A stretch of 63,981 bases of DNA, counting the filler, from Octopus bimaculoides (lineage: Eukaryota), in assembly GCF_001194135.2 (NCBI RefSeq). It is 5 parts of 3 records of this genome, joined end to end, with 100 filler letters (N's around TTAATTAATTAA, not from the genome) between each part and the next. Parts side by side here need not be neighbours in the genome. Positions count along the whole stretch, not along the records: positions 30,110 to 42,783 come from NC_069010.1; positions 42,884 to 58,377 come from NC_068983.1; 3 more parts are not named here. One strand, 5' to 3'. The stretch's first letter is position 1. Every line of letters starts with the position of its first letter. Made by a program: the position numbers and the translations under genes. Below are positions 38,344 through 53,577 of the stretch, piece by piece. The notes below the pieces were generated by a model. The model had not been told where the DNA came from. It saw nothing but the letters and a program-made list of their open reading frames with translations, and did no database searches.

Positions 38344-39030
38344 ACTGGAAAAGGTACCTAGACAATTGTTTTATCATCTGGAATGAAACCTACGATAAAC
38401 TCCTGGATTTCAAATCCACATTGAACAATATAAACCCCCAACATCCAATTTACAATGGAATGTAGCAAGGAACAGCTCCCATTTCTGGACATTTTGATTT
38501 TAAAAAGTCCAACAACCAAATTGCGGCCGATATTTTCTACAAACCAACAGACTCAATACAGTATCTCCTTTTCAGTTCATGCCATCCTAAACACACCAAA
38601 ATAAATATCCCATTCAATCTAGCAAAAAGGATCTGTACAATTGTATCTGACACAACCACTCGGGAACTTCGCCTACAAGACCCCAAAATAACACTCATTG
38701 AACGTCAGTACCCACCGACACTTATAGAACATGGAATTAAATGTGCCAAGAAATTGGACACAAGCACACTAAGGACAAAAAAACAGAACACCACACCTCA
38801 CCTTAAATCACTCCCATACTTATTGACCCACGACCCCGGAAACAATGAAGCATACAACACAATTATACAAAATCTCCCTCTGCTCACTCAAGACCCGAAA
38901 ATGAACAGCATCCTAAATACACACAGACTACTAAAATGCAAAAGACAAGACAAATCCCTCAAGAGACCCCTAACAAATGCAAAACTATACTCAATATAAA
39001 TGATACCTACAGTTAAAAAACGCAGATGAC
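38344..39030 (+). mobile_element. Penelope-like retroelement RT fragment
   Basis: WKRYLDNCFIIW...QFTMECSKEQLPFLDILI...YKPTDSIQYLLFSSCHPKHTKINIPFNLAKRICTIVS with frameshifts. Confidence 0.85.
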
Positions 39031-40710
39031 CTAATTGTTTTTTTGTTTTTTTTTCCTACTATAGGCACAAGGCCTGAAATGTTTGGGGAAGGGGCAAGTC
39101 GATTACATCGACCCCAGTACTCAACTGGTACTTAATTTATCGACCCCGAAAGGATGAAAGGCAAAGTCGACCTCGGTAGTGGGTGCTTTTATGTGCCACC
39201 GGCATGAGGGCCAGTCACGCTGTACTGGCTACGGCCACGCTCAAATGGTGTGGAATTTATGAAAATATAATTAATTCTTTCCAGCACTGAAAAACCAATC
39301 AAAAATAATTTTTGATGGGTTTTAAAACCAGAAAGGTATAGTTACAAGTAAAATAACAATTGTAAAAAAAAAGAGAATGCAAAAGAAATATGTAAACTGG
39401 TTTTATTAACTAAATTACCTTAAAGATGCGCCGATTTGTGTGCTCGTACTGCGGATTTCCGCTCGTACTTCAGGACATTAGTTCACATGAGTCTCAGGTC
39501 ATACAGCAAATTACTTGTACAATGGGGCACTTATACTGTAAGGTTCTACTGTGTACATATATATATATATACACACACACATACATACATATATATATTT
39601 ATATGTGTGTGTGTACACCTGTTTGTATCTCTCTCTCTTGCTTTCGCTAAGTCTTTCCTTTCTTTCTCTATTTCTCCCTTTCTATATATATATATATATA
39701 TAATTATTTACAATTTATATATGAATATATATGTACTTATATATAGTTTTAAACACGTATGCATATATACACATATATATATATATATGCATATGTATAT
39801 ATATANNNNNNNNNNNNNNNNNNNNNNNNNNNNNNNNNNNNNNNNNNNNNNNNNNNNNNNNNNNNNNNNNNNNNNNNNNNNNNNNNNNNNNNNNNNNNNN
39901 NNNNNNNNNNNNNNNNNNNNNNNNNNNNNNNNNNNNNNNNNNNNNNNNNNNNNNNNNNNNNNNNNNNNNNNNNNNNNNNNNNNNNNNNNNNNNNNNNNNN
40001 NNNNNNNNNNNNNNNNNNNNNNNNNNNNNNNNNNNNNNNNNNNNNNNNNNATATATATATATATATATATAGATAGGTAGATAGATAGATATAGATATAT
40101 ACATATATAGATATATACATATATAGATATATATATATATATATATATATATACGTGTGTGTACATATACATATTCATATATATGTGCATATAATGTCTG
40201 TGTGTGTGTGTGGTGGGGGATGCATGTGAGTTTGTCTTTTTGATCAGCTCAATATGATATTTGCCAAGCATTAAAGATTCATGAGAGGGGGGGGTGGAAA
40301 CAAACAACTTTTCATCCATCAAGGCTGCGTTATTGAAAACCAATAACACCAGCGACAACAACAACAACATCCATGTTAACAAGACTCAGAGTCACAACAG
40401 CAAAGTCCATAAAAGCTGCAAATATGCTAAATGAACATTTTTTTCTGTTTTCTTAATGTAGATGCATACATGTGTAAACAGTGACATGCAATCAATGCAC
40501 ACAAATATGCAGAAATGCACATTCATATATGTCTGTATGTATGTATATATCATCATCATCATCGTTTAACGTCCGCTTTCCATGCTAGCATGGGTTGGAC
40601 GATTTGACTGAGGACTGGTGAAACCAGATGGCTGCACCAGGCTCCTATCTGATTTGGCATATATGTGTATATATATATATATATAGATAGATATGTATAT
40701 ATATGTATGC

Positions 40711-40755
<45 letters not shown>

Positions 40756-42087
40756 TATACATACATATATATATGCTTCAGGCAAAGGATACCTTAGTTA
40801 CATGAAGTTTACATTGCTGTTAGAAGGAGAAGGAGGAAGAGGAGAAGAAGAGGAAGAGGAAACTGGCTCTTATGAGCTAGGCATGGCTCAGGAAGGACCA
40901 AACAACAACAACAACAACAATTAGTGGCTGTGTGGTAAGTAGCTTGCTTACCAACCACATGGCTCTGGGTTCAGTCCCACTGTGTGNNNNNNNNNNAAGT
41001 CCTGGGGCTCGATTTGTTCGACTAAAGGCGGTGCTCCAGCATGGCCACAGCCAAATGACTGGAACAAATAAAAGAATATAGAAAAGGCACAAAGCAAATG
41101 GATATTTATACATTTCACTCCAGTTACTTTCCACGTATTTCTGATAAATTTGGAGAGTTCCCTAATGCAAAATCGTGATTATTAATTGATGCCATAATTG
41201 TTAAACTGAATAAAGAACAGCCGTCTTTCTTTATCTTCCTCGGAGAATCAGCATACCGGCTGCCAAGCAGGAAATTTGACCAAAAGTGTAGTGGTCATTA
41301 CAAGGTCATCTATTTTCAGCATTCATTTTGTCAGTGGTTACAGGAACAGAGAGCTTCTATTGAAGTAAGCATCAAAGTCCTACACATGAGGTGCGTTCCA
41401 GAAGTTTTGAACATTTTTTAGGAGAGGCAGTTATAACTGTTCTAGATTATTGTGGGTTTAGCTTTGTTGTTTGTTGTTGGCAATCCGTCGCTTACGACGT
41501 CGAGGGTTCCAGTTGATCCGATCAACGGAACAGCCTGCTCGTGAAATTAACGTGCAAGTGGCTGAGCACTCCACAGACACGTGTAACCCTTAATGTAGTT
41601 CTCGGGGACATTCAGCGTGACACAGTGTGACAAGGCTGACCCTTTGAATGATATAAAACAGAACAGGGATAGAGAAGAAAACTATCACAATTGGGAGAGG
41701 AAGAGGAAACCGGGAAATTGGCTCTTATGAGCCAGGCATGGCTCAAGAAGGACCAAACCACAACAGCAACACCAACAATTAGTGGCTGTGTGGTAAGTAG
41801 CTTGCTTACCAACCACATGGTTCTGGATTCAGTCCCACTGCATGGCACCTTGGGCAAGTGTCTTCTACTATAGCGTCGGGCCGACCAAAGCTTTGTGAGT
41901 GGATTTAGTAGACAGAAATTGAAAGAAGCCTGTCGTATATATGCGTGTGTGTGCATGTCTGTGTGTGTGTGTATAGTTCAAATTTACAGAAAACAAAAGA
42001 TGGAGACAGGTGAAGGAATAACAAGCAGGTGTGTTAGTTTAACACTCAGGAAGAATGGATAAGTCTTTGATTGTTTCAAGATATATA

Positions 42088-42128
<41 letters not shown>

Positions 42129-42130
42129 GC

Positions 42131-42171
<41 letters not shown>

Positions 42172-42710
42172 TACACACACACACATATATATATATATAC
42201 ATATATACTTACACTTTCAGACTCAAAAATATAAATACGTATGCATGTGAATATATGTATGTACGTATGTATGTATGTATGAATTAATTAATTAAGGCTG
42301 CACACATCAGCATATGTCAGATAATCCAAATTAGAAACGAAGTTATATGTCACTAATTGTTGCCATCTTTGTGATGTGTAATTAAATCTGTAAGACCAAG
42401 AGTAAACAAATCTCTGCTTATTTCTCTGTGGACAGTAAAACCTAATTCATCAAGTCACCTGTATCCAATCGATCACCTGTTGGTCACCTGGAAACTTGAT
42501 TAAATGACAAGACTGCATGATACGTTGGGCATGTGTCATCTAGTATGGCCTGGACCACTCGAAGCTTTTGCGTGTGGATATGGTACATGGAAACTGAAAG
42601 AATCCCATCAGGTGTGACTGTGTGGTGAGAAGCTTGCTTCTTAACTACACTGTTCTGGGTTTGGTCATGCTGTATGTGTATGTTTGTACCTGTCTATATA
42701 TATATATATG

Positions 42711-42742
<32 letters not shown>

Positions 42743-42904
42743 AATATGCAAATACGCATATTTACACATACATATATACATATNNNNNNNNNNNNNNNNN
42801 NNNNNNNNNNNNNNNNNNNNNNNNNNNTTAATTAATTAANNNNNNNNNNNNNNNNNNNNNNNNNNNNNNNNNNNNNNNNNNNNGAAAAAAAATTCACCTC
42901 CCCT

Positions 42905-42952
42905 AACTTTAAACCCTAACCCTAAACCCTAACCCTAATCCCTAACCCTTAA
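42905..42952. repeat. Short interstitial telomere-like (CCCTAA)n tract
   Basis: ccctaactttaaaccctaaccctaaaccctaaccctaatccctaaccctt next to a gap. Confidence 0.7.
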
Positions 42953-43901
42953 TAAAATATGGGAAAAGCTGGAGATGAATGTTTTGAAAACATTCTGAAC
43001 TATCTTTCAGAATGGTTTACTTTTCAATGAAATATCATTTGGTTATTTTTCATGTTTTTATTCAATTTATCTGCAATTTTCTTCTTGTATTAGATGGATA
43101 ACCCACCCTCCATTCGACTACTTACGACTAACGCAGGCGCATGTGCAAATTTGTGACATGCACACTCCCAGAACTCGGATCCACACTTCTTCAGTAATGC
43201 CAAATTTTGAAACTGAGTTTGCACCCCCTAAGAAAATTTTGTTCCCGGGCCACTGGCCACTTCCTCACAAATAACAGAGTCAACATTGTTTAAAACTCCA
43301 ATCAGCCCTCTTATTTGTTGTGGGCTGAGAAACCACATAGAGATTATTTCATTAATTTGAAATATATACATAGTACTCTAGTATGAAGTGCAGCTGTTTC
43401 AGCTTTTCAGAGATAAAGTTTCTGGCTCAGGAAAGGAGAATTAGTCATTGAAGGCTTTCAACAAAAGGCAAAGCCAATCTCAACAGGATTTGAATTCAGA
43501 AACTACAAAGTCAAAACTAAATACAGTAATTCATTGAAGTTGGTTTTCTATTGTATAGTTTATTTGCAGTTCCCTTTATATTAAAATATTAGAATTAATA
43601 TCTAGAAATATTAAAGAGAGAATGATGTAATTTATTCCATATCCAATATTTGTTTCTGTATATAATACAAAATTCAGATTTTCTTTAATTTTGTTGGAAT
43701 TCAAGAAGTAAAGCTAATGAATCTTTGTTGATTCTTGAAAAGAAATTTGAAGTAATTAAAATAGTAATTCATACAATTATTTGATGTTTGCTTCAATGAT
43801 GCACAGCTAGATTAATGTCATTGAGATAAGAAAAGCCAATGTTCAATGGCATCTTATTCAAAAGGGTAGGCTGAATATATACCTTGCTTTTTTCTTTGTA
43901 G

Positions 43902-44065
43902 GCGTAGGGGTGGTTGTGTGTTAAGTAGCTTGCTTACTAACCACATGGTTCCGGGTTCACTCCCACTGCGTGGCATCTTGGGAAAGTGTCTTCTACTATA
44001 GCCTCAGGCTGACCAAAGCCTTGTGAGAGGATTTGGTAGACGGAAACTGAAAGAAGCCCGTCGTA

Positions 44066-44154
<89 letters not shown>

Positions 44155-44375
44155 ATGTATATGTTTGTGTGTCTGTGTTTGTCCCCCAACATCGCTTGAC
44201 AACCGATGCTGGTATGTTTACGTCCCTGTAACTTAGTGGTTCGGTTAAAGAGGCCGATAGAACAAATACTAGGCTTACAAGGAATAAGTCCTGGGGTTGA
44301 TTAGCTCGACTAAAAGGTGGTACTGAAGCATGGCCACAGTCAAATGACTGAAACAAGTAAAAGAGTAAAAGAGAG
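43902..44375 (+). mobile_element. SINE family 1, full length with expanded (TA)n
   Basis: Complete head, body and tail; further partial copies at ~6474-6650, 26105-26200, 40922-41075, 41781-41940, 44565-44775, 46012-46170, 48900-49320, 58136-58350 and 63786-63912. Confidence 0.88.
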
Positions 44376-44768
44376 AGTATCACAATTTAACAAAGTGTTA
44401 TTGTAATAAATTGACATGTTTTCATATTCTATATACAGGTTGGGGTTTCTAATCCATTATGTATTTGCGTGTCATTCAACCATGTCCTTTAGATGTGTTA
44501 GCAATATGAATGTAAAAATCTGAGTTAGAAAATGGCTGATAATGCTTTTATTGTCTATCTTTAAGTGGTTTCAGTCATTATATTGCGGCCATGCTGGGGC
44601 GTTATCTTGAAAGGTTTAGTTGAACAAATCAACCACAGTACTTACTTTGTGTTAAGCCTGGTTGTTATTCTATCAGTCTCTTTTTGCTGAACTACTAAGT
44701 TATGGGGATGTAAACACCCCAACAACTGTTGTCAAGTGGTGGTGCAGGACATGCACAGACACAAATAT

Positions 44769-44816
<48 letters not shown>

Positions 44817-46939
44817 NNNNNNNNNNNNNNNNNNNNNNNNNNNNNNNNNNNNNNNNNNNNNNNNNNNNNNNNNNNNNNNNNNNNNNNNNNNNNNNNNNNN
44901 NNNNNNNNNNNNNNNNNNNNNNNNNNNNNNNNNNNNNNNNNNNNNNNNNNNNNNNNNNNNNNNNNNNNNNNNNNNNNNNNNNNNNNNNNNNNNNNNNNNN
45001 NNNNNNNNNNNNNNNNNNNNNNNNNNNNNNNNNNNNNNNNNNNNNNNNNNNNNNNNNNNNNNNNNNNNNNNNNNNNNNNNNNNNNNNNNNNNNNNNNNNN
45101 NNNNNNNNNNNNNNNNNNNNNNNNNNNNNNNNNNNNNNNNNNNNNNNNNNNNNNNNNNNNNNNNNNNNNNNNNNNNNNNNNNNNNNNNNNNNNNNNNNNN
45201 NNNNNNNNNNNNNNNNNNNNNNNNNNNNNNNNNNNNNNNNNNNNNNNNNNNNNNNNNNNNNNNNNNNNNNNNNNNNNNNNNNNNNNNNNNNNNNNNNNNN
45301 NNNNNNNNNNNNNNNNNNNNNNNNNNNNNNNNNNNNNNNNNNNNNNNNNNNNNNNNNNNNNNNNNNNNNNNNNNNNNNNNNNNNTAAGGGAATTTCCTTA
45401 AAATTTGATTAAAATCAAAGAGAGAATTCAAAATAGAATAACTTCAATGTAAAATAGAATTAATGAAATTAAAGAGAAAGAAAAGAAATTTCCATCTAAA
45501 AGAAGTGAGTTATAAAATTGTTCTCAAATAACAACCCAGAAAAGATTATTTAAGGAAATTTGGTTTTGTTTAAATGGTAAAAATAAAATTGGGTTTTAAT
45601 ATCAAATTGCATTTTACTACTCTGCTATACAAGTTAATAATAGTACTAAAATATGCAGAATGGCAGTATGATTTCATCTGATAAGATAATTTTTATGTCA
45701 AAGTTTAACAATATTATTATACTCAAGTTTACAAATGCAAATCACTTCAATTTTTATGTAAAAAAAAATTGAAACAAGGAAATTAAAATTAGGAAGTAAA
45801 ATTGAAAAACCATCGAGGATTAACATTTTGATGTTTAATATGAAACATTTTGCAACAGACAATTTTTTCAAATTATCTCTGATTAACTATAACGTTTTTT
45901 TTTTGCTTTTTTTTTTTACCAAAAAGCATATAAATTGTATAACAAATTTAAATTTATGTAATGAAATGGCGATTTATGAAAAATTGATATTAAAATTTCA
46001 TACAATAAAGTTGTGGTTAGGTGGTTTGCTTCCCAACCACATAGTTTTGGGTTCATTCCCATTGTGTGGAACTTTGGCACCTTGAGCAAGTGGCTTTGAG
46101 TTTTCTATAAAGTTATCCAAAGCTTTCTCAATGGACTTGGTGGATGGAAACTGAAAGAAGTCTATCATATGTGTATATATGTATATGTATGTATGTACGT
46201 ATATATATATATATATATNNNNNNNNNNNNNNNNNNNNNNNNNNNNNNNNNNNNNNNNNNNNNNNNNNNNNNNNNNNNNNNNNNNNNNNNNNNACGGGGC
46301 TTAGAAAAACTGAAGAATTGCTGCATTAGGTGAGTGAATCTGAGGAGGGAAATGTTGAATAAAATCATAATTAATTAATCTTCCTGTATTTTCTGTTATC
46401 GAAAGCCAGAAACTTTTCAGCAACCCCTTGTATGAATGTATGTATGTATGTATGTATGTATGTATGTATGTATGTATGTATGTATGTATGTATGCATGTA
46501 TGTATGCATGCATGTATGCATGCATGCATGCATGTATGTATATGTATATATATGTGTGTGTATGTGCATGTTTGTGTGCTTGTGCCTCCTAAACATGTTG
46601 TCAATTGTTAGATGTAAATGAGTATCACTGCCACACAAGCAATGTCATTTATTTCAAATCTTTTATGAACACACGTTGGTAATGAGAAGAAATCAGCTTG
46701 TTTGGAAACAAATAAAGGTTAGTTAGTGACAAGAAAAGCATCAAGCTGTAAAAAATCTGCCTCAAGGAAACCTTATCTGACCCATGTGAGTATAGAAAAT
46801 GGATGTTAAAATGCTGATGATCCTTTTAGATCATGTATCATGTGCAAGTTAAAATAGTAGGCTTAAAACTTTTCCAAGGAAATAAACTTACTAGTATATT
46901 ACCACATGAGTAGGTAATTGAGGAAAAATTCATATGTGT

Positions 46940-47432
46940 CGACTGGTATGGTCATGTGTTGTGCATGGATGAGGACAGCTGTGTACAGAAGTGCTGATCT
47001 CTAACTGTGAAGGGAACCTGAGTAGGAGGTAGACCCAGGAAGGCATGGGACAAGGTAGTGAAGCATGATCTTCAAATGTCGGGCTTTACAGAGGGAATGA
47101 CAAGTGACCAAAGCCTTTGGCGATATGCCGTATTCGAGAAAACTCATCAAGCCAGCGAAATCATAGTCATGGTCGATGCTGGTGTCATGTAACTGGCACC
47201 TGTGCTGGTGGTATGTAAAAGTATCCTTGTTGGTGGCATGTAAAAAGCACCCATTACACTCCTGAAGTGCTTGGCATTAAGAAGGGTATCCAGTCATAGA
47301 AACCATGCCAGATCAAACTGGAACTTGGTGCAGCTCTTCAGCTTACCTGTTCCAGTCAAACTGTCTAACCCATGCCAGCATGGAAAGCAGATGTTAAACG
47401 ACGATGCTAATGAGGATGATGATGATGACGTT
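46940..47432 (+). mobile_element. RTE LINE 3' end
   Basis: WYGHVLCMDEDSCVQKC...GRPRKAWDKVVKHDL remnant, followed by 3' UTR and GAT tail. Confidence 0.8.
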
Positions 47433-47710
47433 CAGTAAGCACCCTGAATACAATGTCAATAGCAAGTCTAAACTAACAGAGTTGTTCTCAGATTCTTCCT
47501 AGAGAGCCACCATGGTTAAACAAAAAGGTCCATTTACACATCAGAGTTGAAGGTTTGTTTTAAAAATATATGAATGTTAAATCATTCATGATTTATCTAA
47601 AGAGCTGTTAAGCAGTTTTCAAATCTATTAAATATTAATGAAACTTTTTAGTTGCTATCTGCTTGAAATATTACTGACTCTATCACTTCCTCCTTTTCAC
47701 TGATTCTTAT

Positions 47711-48097
47711 TTGTTGTTGGCACTCCGTCACTTACGACGACGAGGGTTCCAGTTGATCCGATCAACGGAACAGCCTGCTCATGAAATTAACGTGCAAAGT
47801 GGCTGAGCACTCCACAGACACATGTACCCTTAACGTAGTTCTCGGGGATATTCAGCGTGACACCGTGTGACAAGGCTGACCCTTTGAATTACAGGTACAA
47901 CAGAAACAGGAAGAAAAAGTGAGAGAAAGTTGTGGTGAAAGAGTACAGCAGGGTTTGCCACCATCCCCTGCCGGAGCCTCGTGGAGCTTTAGGTATTTTC
48001 GCTCAATAAACACTCACAAAGCCCGGTCTGGGAATCGAAACCGTGATCCTATGACCGCGAGTCTGCTGCCCTAACCACTGGGCCATTGTGCCTCCAC
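47711..48097 (-). mobile_element. SINE family 3, young copy with 15-bp TSD
   Basis: TSD cactgattcttattt at 47698-47712 and 48095-48109; partial copies at 41465-41650, 17720-18020 and 30310-30385. Confidence 0.9.
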
Positions 48098-50139
48098 TGA
48101 TTCTTATTTAGATGTTTGCTAACCATCAATTCTAGAATTTCTAATTTGATGCAGATAACTAACAATATTATTTTCATTAGACACAAGGCCAGAAATTTTG
48201 TGAAAGGAGTCAAATCGACTACATCGACCCCAGAGCATAACTCATATTCATTTTATCATCCCCAAAAGGATGAAAAGTGAAATTAACTTTGGTGGCATTT
48301 GAACTCAGAACCTGATGAGCAATGAAATGCTTCTGAGTATTCTGTCGAGTACAATGAAGATTCTGTCAGCTCATCACCTTTGTAGATAACTAATAATGAT
48401 CTCCAGGCACAAAATCTAAAATATTCTCCTTTCAGGGATCTTTATTATATTACATTGTTACCCATCAGCATGACAGAAATATACTTTTGCCATTGTGAGT
48501 TATAGCAAGAAATTAATTATTGGTATAATAACTTTAAATTATCCTTTTTACAAAATTTCATGATGCATATATAAAGTAATAAAAAAGAATTTAATTTTCA
48601 AAATATAAATGTTTATTGAATTAAAAGAAAATTAAAGCAAATTTATGTTATCAATAACAATAAGAGTGTTTACCTATCAATTAATTACAGCTGAAACATA
48701 TTGATTAATTCCAAATGAAATAGCATATTTATGTGACCAAGCAACCAAAAATAAATACCATTAATACTTACAATGATGATGATATTTAATATACTTTCTT
48801 TTCACACACATATACATATTTATATAATTGTATCTTAGTCACTATACTATATATATTGTAATCTCTCTCTTTCTTTGTCTTTCCATATATATTTTTTTAA
48901 TTGCTTCAGTCATGTGACTGCAGCCATGCTGGAGCAATGCCTTGAATGGTTTTTAGTTGAACAAATTGACTCCAGGACTTTGTTATTTTTTAAGCCTAGT
49001 ATTTAATTCTATTGGTCCCTTCTGACAAACTGCTAAGTTACAGGGATGTAAACATGTCAACACCTGTTGTCAAGGAAAACAAACACAGACACAAAGACAC
49101 ACACAGAGATATAGTCATACATACATACATACATACATATATATATATGCTTGTGTGTGTGAGTGTGTGTATGTATGTATGTATATGAGGAGCTTCTTAC
49201 AGTTTCTGTCTACCAAATCCACTCACAAGGCTTTGGTCAGCCTTGTCCAAGGTGCCATGCAGTGGGACTGAACCCAGAACCTTGTATTTGAGAAGCAAGC
49301 TTCTTACCCAACAGCAACACATGCATCTGTGTGTGAGTGTGTGCGTGTGTGTGTGTGTGTGAATGTTGAAACACATAAATTCGCATAATGTCCCTCCCAA
49401 GACACAAAAAGATATACACTATCATACTTATATGTATGTGTGCCTATTGCTTTCTGGTTTATAGACTCAACCCGATGGAGATGTCTACTCCTACAACTGA
49501 AGCAAAGTTACCTTGAGTGTTTGTAACCTACATTGATTCACTGGCCTGTGGTGCAAATTCAGGGCACCCTATACCACCCTTAGTCTATACAATCAGCCTA
49601 ATGCAATCTACAGGGTATTTGGTTTATATCTGTTGCTTATCTTTCACAACCATTGGAGCACAAAGCACTCCTCATGAATGCAGGTTCATGCGATCTGTAA
49701 ACAGTTTTGAGAAAAAGAAGTATATACATGCAATGCACATATGCATACTGAATTCGTAAAATGGAAGAAGAATAAAAATGCAATGCACATGTCAAAATAA
49801 AATGGAAGAGAAGAATAAAACCAGTTATAAGATGGTCTGCATGCCATGTCTGACAACAATATCATGGAGCTTTGCTGCAATTTTCTTGTGCCTATTTTTT
49901 TTCAGGAACAGCTTGATTTGTTGAGTGAACAGTCAATGGCATTGGCGAGCATAAAGATTTAAGTTACAGTTGAGAAAAATTGAGCTGACATGGAGAACTT
50001 GAAGCAATCTGAATATTGGAAACAAGTTATCTGTATCATGATGTGCTACACCAGGTATCAAAATGCCAACATCATGACTGCTACTCAATGATCCGTGACC
50101 ACTGTAAAAGCTTGCCAACAATCTGTGATGTCCCATGTA

Positions 50140-50770
50140 TCATAAAAACTAAATTCCCCACAAATTGTAATGGTCTTTGGGTATATCTCCAGTGAGAAAG
50201 ATATCCTGCCACCCCATATCTTTGAGAAGATGTGGGGTGGCATATCTTACCTTAAGCTCAATTCATACAGCTATGTGGAGCTGCTGGAGACTGTGATCAG
50301 ACCTTAGCTGGAGAGGGTTATTTGCTGGAAGGCCAGATGATTAGTAGCAGGATTCAGCTCCTTGCCATACCTCCAGAAAAAGTGAAACGTGATTGCTGGA
50401 GAATTTTTATGACTTCTCCAGCCTCAATTTCTGGCCTCCTTATTCTTCCAATTGTAATCCCATGGAGGAATATGACTGGGGCATAGTTGAGAAAGACTCT
50501 AACAGTTCTGTGAGCAACACTAAGGTCAAACTGGTGGCTAAGATCAAGGAGGTGTTTGAAGATCTACTCAGTGACAAAGGAAAATGCATGCACCAGTTTC
50601 TGGAGATACCTTAAAGCCAATGGTGGCTACTTTGAGTAAACTTTTATCTCTGAGTCATAATCTATTTGATAAATTTTGCTTTTTTTTTCTTAATTTTCAT
50701 TTTTGAATAGGATATTGTGTTTTCTTTTCCTTTTATGTAAACTGTCAAATTTAGCAAGAACACCCTGTAA
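50140..50770 (+). mobile_element. Tc1/mariner-superfamily (maT/DD37D-like) transposase remnant
   Basis: VMVFG.ISS...PPHIF, QDSAPCHTSRK...NFWPPYSSNCNPME; 37 residues between second D and third acidic residue; ends caccctgta. Confidence 0.75.
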
Positions 50771-53066
50771 ATGTAACAACAGAAGTAGAACTATAGGAAA
50801 CAAACAAGCTTTTACTACCATGCTTTCGATGTAAACAGACGTTAGTCATCTGGTATTATTTTCATTTCTTTCCCCCTTTCTTTTAGTTCTTTTATTTTTC
50901 TTTTCATAAAAGCCATAATCTCAAACATTTGATCCTTTTCCATTTCTCTCCAGTTTGCATGTTAATTTTCATTGAATACACTCCCTGAGTGATATTGTTT
51001 CATTTTAATTTTACTATACATTTTCTGCCATGTATCTTCTCTTTCTCTTTCTCTATGTCTCTCTCTCCTTCTCTCTCTCTCTTTCTCTATGTGTGTGTTG
51101 TGTGTGTATGTGTGTGTGTATGGACAGAGTATCAATATATGTATATACAAAGTTACTATGTCTGCTGTTTCCTTATAAAGATGTGGTTTTCGCTAGGAGC
51201 TATAATTTGGAATAAGGAGAACAAAAGACTCACTGCTATGTCTTGCAGATTGCTACAAGGCTCACCACTCAGTGTGAGTATTCATCATATTCCAAGCATT
51301 ACTTCCAAATGGAAACATTGCATCCATAGAAAATAGGTTGTGGTTAAAGTAGTAGAAATAATAAGAGGGAAAGGAGAAGGCAGAGAATAAGCCAGGGAAG
51401 TAGTAATAGTGGAAAGCAATGATAGAGTTGACAAATTATTAGTTATAGTTGTATAGGAGGTGTAGTAACAGTTGTACATGTTGTAAACGATGAGAGAAAG
51501 AAGGAAAACAAATAATTCCATATAAGGTGGCATGACATTTTAAATGTAAGCAAGTAACCAATCAACAATGATTGTCATTAGTACTGATATCAGTAAAAGC
51601 TCTAGACTCATTTCTTGATTTACTCTCTTTAGTGATATACATTATAATAGGCCAAAGCTTAATCATGCACAGTTTTATTACACTTTTAATACCATATAAT
51701 GAAATACTTCATAATTTTGAATCACTTAAACTTCTATTTGTAATTAATATACCATCTGGGTTTTTCACTTATCAAAACTGACTTTCAACATCCTTTTCTT
51801 CCATTTATTCATGTATAACATCCTCAGACTGGCAAAAGCCGTATCACAGCCCATCATATTCTCAACCTCTTCATTCATTCTTCATTAGCAATATGACAAT
51901 AATTTTCAAGCAAGACCATCAACAAATTTAGCAAATTTAATGAAGCAGAACTAATATGTGTCATATTGGAAGGAATAGATTGAAAACATTTTGTAAATAG
52001 AATAGTGATTTAGGAAAATGTGGAATGAAAGGTGTCAATCAGCTAAAGATATTATTTTTAAATATCTCATTTCAGTAGGTTACATTGAAGCTTTTCCTTG
52101 TAGTTAGGAAATTATCATGTTAAATTTCATCATAGCTTTTCAGAGTCATGTGAAGAAAATATTCCTTTCACTAGATTATCTTTTGAGCTGGGGTTCTTTG
52201 TGACAAAACATTTGAGTGTTAATCAAGGGTGATTGATTCTCTTCTTTTATCAGACTCCATTCTGTAATTTTCTGAATAAAAGCAAGATTCAAGTTCAATT
52301 TTTGTTGGTGATTATCCTCAATATTTATTGCATGGGATGTATTTCATGTAAAGGTATTTGATCAGTAGAATAATTAGAGAAGTTAATTGCCTTTGTTTGA
52401 AAAGTAAGAAGTAATGTCCATAATTTTTGAGAAATGGTCTTAGAGATTGTTGAGAATAATGTATTAAATTATATTGTTCAGAAAGCTTAGTGGAGCAATT
52501 TCTTCCTATGCTTGGCAAATTTAGACATAAAAAAGGAAAGTATATGAGATGGAAGTAATGCAAGAAGATTAAGTTCATCCCATGCCATGCATTAGAAAGG
52601 GAAATTAGAATCAAATTAAAAATGGATTAAAGTAAACTAACGTTGGTACTATTGTTGTAATCACCCGGTTTCAGACATAGTTGTAAATCAAACAATCACT
52701 GAATTTCATAGGTACTAATATAAAGCTTATTAGTATATATAAGCAACTGAGATAATCTATCATCTCTATCATCTTGTCATTTCTGTACTTGTAATATACT
52801 TAGTCCCTGATAAAGACTTTGGAGTTTACATTTAAATCATCTGAGCACAACTATGTGTTTCCTTTATATTGAGTATCTCTAGATCTTACCTGTTGACTAT
52901 ACATATGTGTGTGTGTGTGTGTGTGTTTGTGCATGTGTATGTGAGCGTGTGTGTGTGTATGTGTGTGTGTGTGTACATGTGTATGTGTGTGTATCTATGT
53001 TTGAGTATGTATGTGTATATATCTATATATGTATATATATGAGTGTTTGTATGCATGCATATATAC

Positions 53067-53099
<33 letters not shown>

Positions 53100-53114
53100 T
53101 ATTAGTTTATGTAT

Positions 53115-53577
53115 ATATTAATATTATCTCAGTTTAAAAAAACATTTGACAATGTAAATATGTTAATAGTTACCATAGGTAGCAAAAATTACACGAAAAA
53201 TTACACTTTTGACTTAGCAATTAGCTTACGACTTTAGCTTACTTTACTGTGATCTATTTTGCCCTCCTCCCCACTTTTTAATCATTTAATTTAAACCTTT
53301 AGCATTACTTTTATAGCCCCCTCCCTTTATAACTCTATGTAAACAAGCATTCTTACTTCTAACAGTCACTTACTTGGCCATGTAATATTATAGGTTGTAA
53401 GTCACCTCATCATTTTGCATTTGTCTTGCTTTTATATGTTGATTCCCTGATGATGAATATATGTGGAATTCCAGCAGTTCTTACTTCTTTGGAGGAGAAC
53501 ACACATATATTTTGAAACATGTGTAGGAATTAAAGGATCTTTTATTTATATGCGTTTTGCTCCATTTATTGTTATTA

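Noticed and set aside
39708-40382. Signal-peptide-like ORF start MLTWMLLLLSLVLLVFNNAA
   Set aside because: The Leu run comes from a (TTG)n microsatellite, the start is TTG, and the ORF continues into TA repeats and a gap; no splice support.
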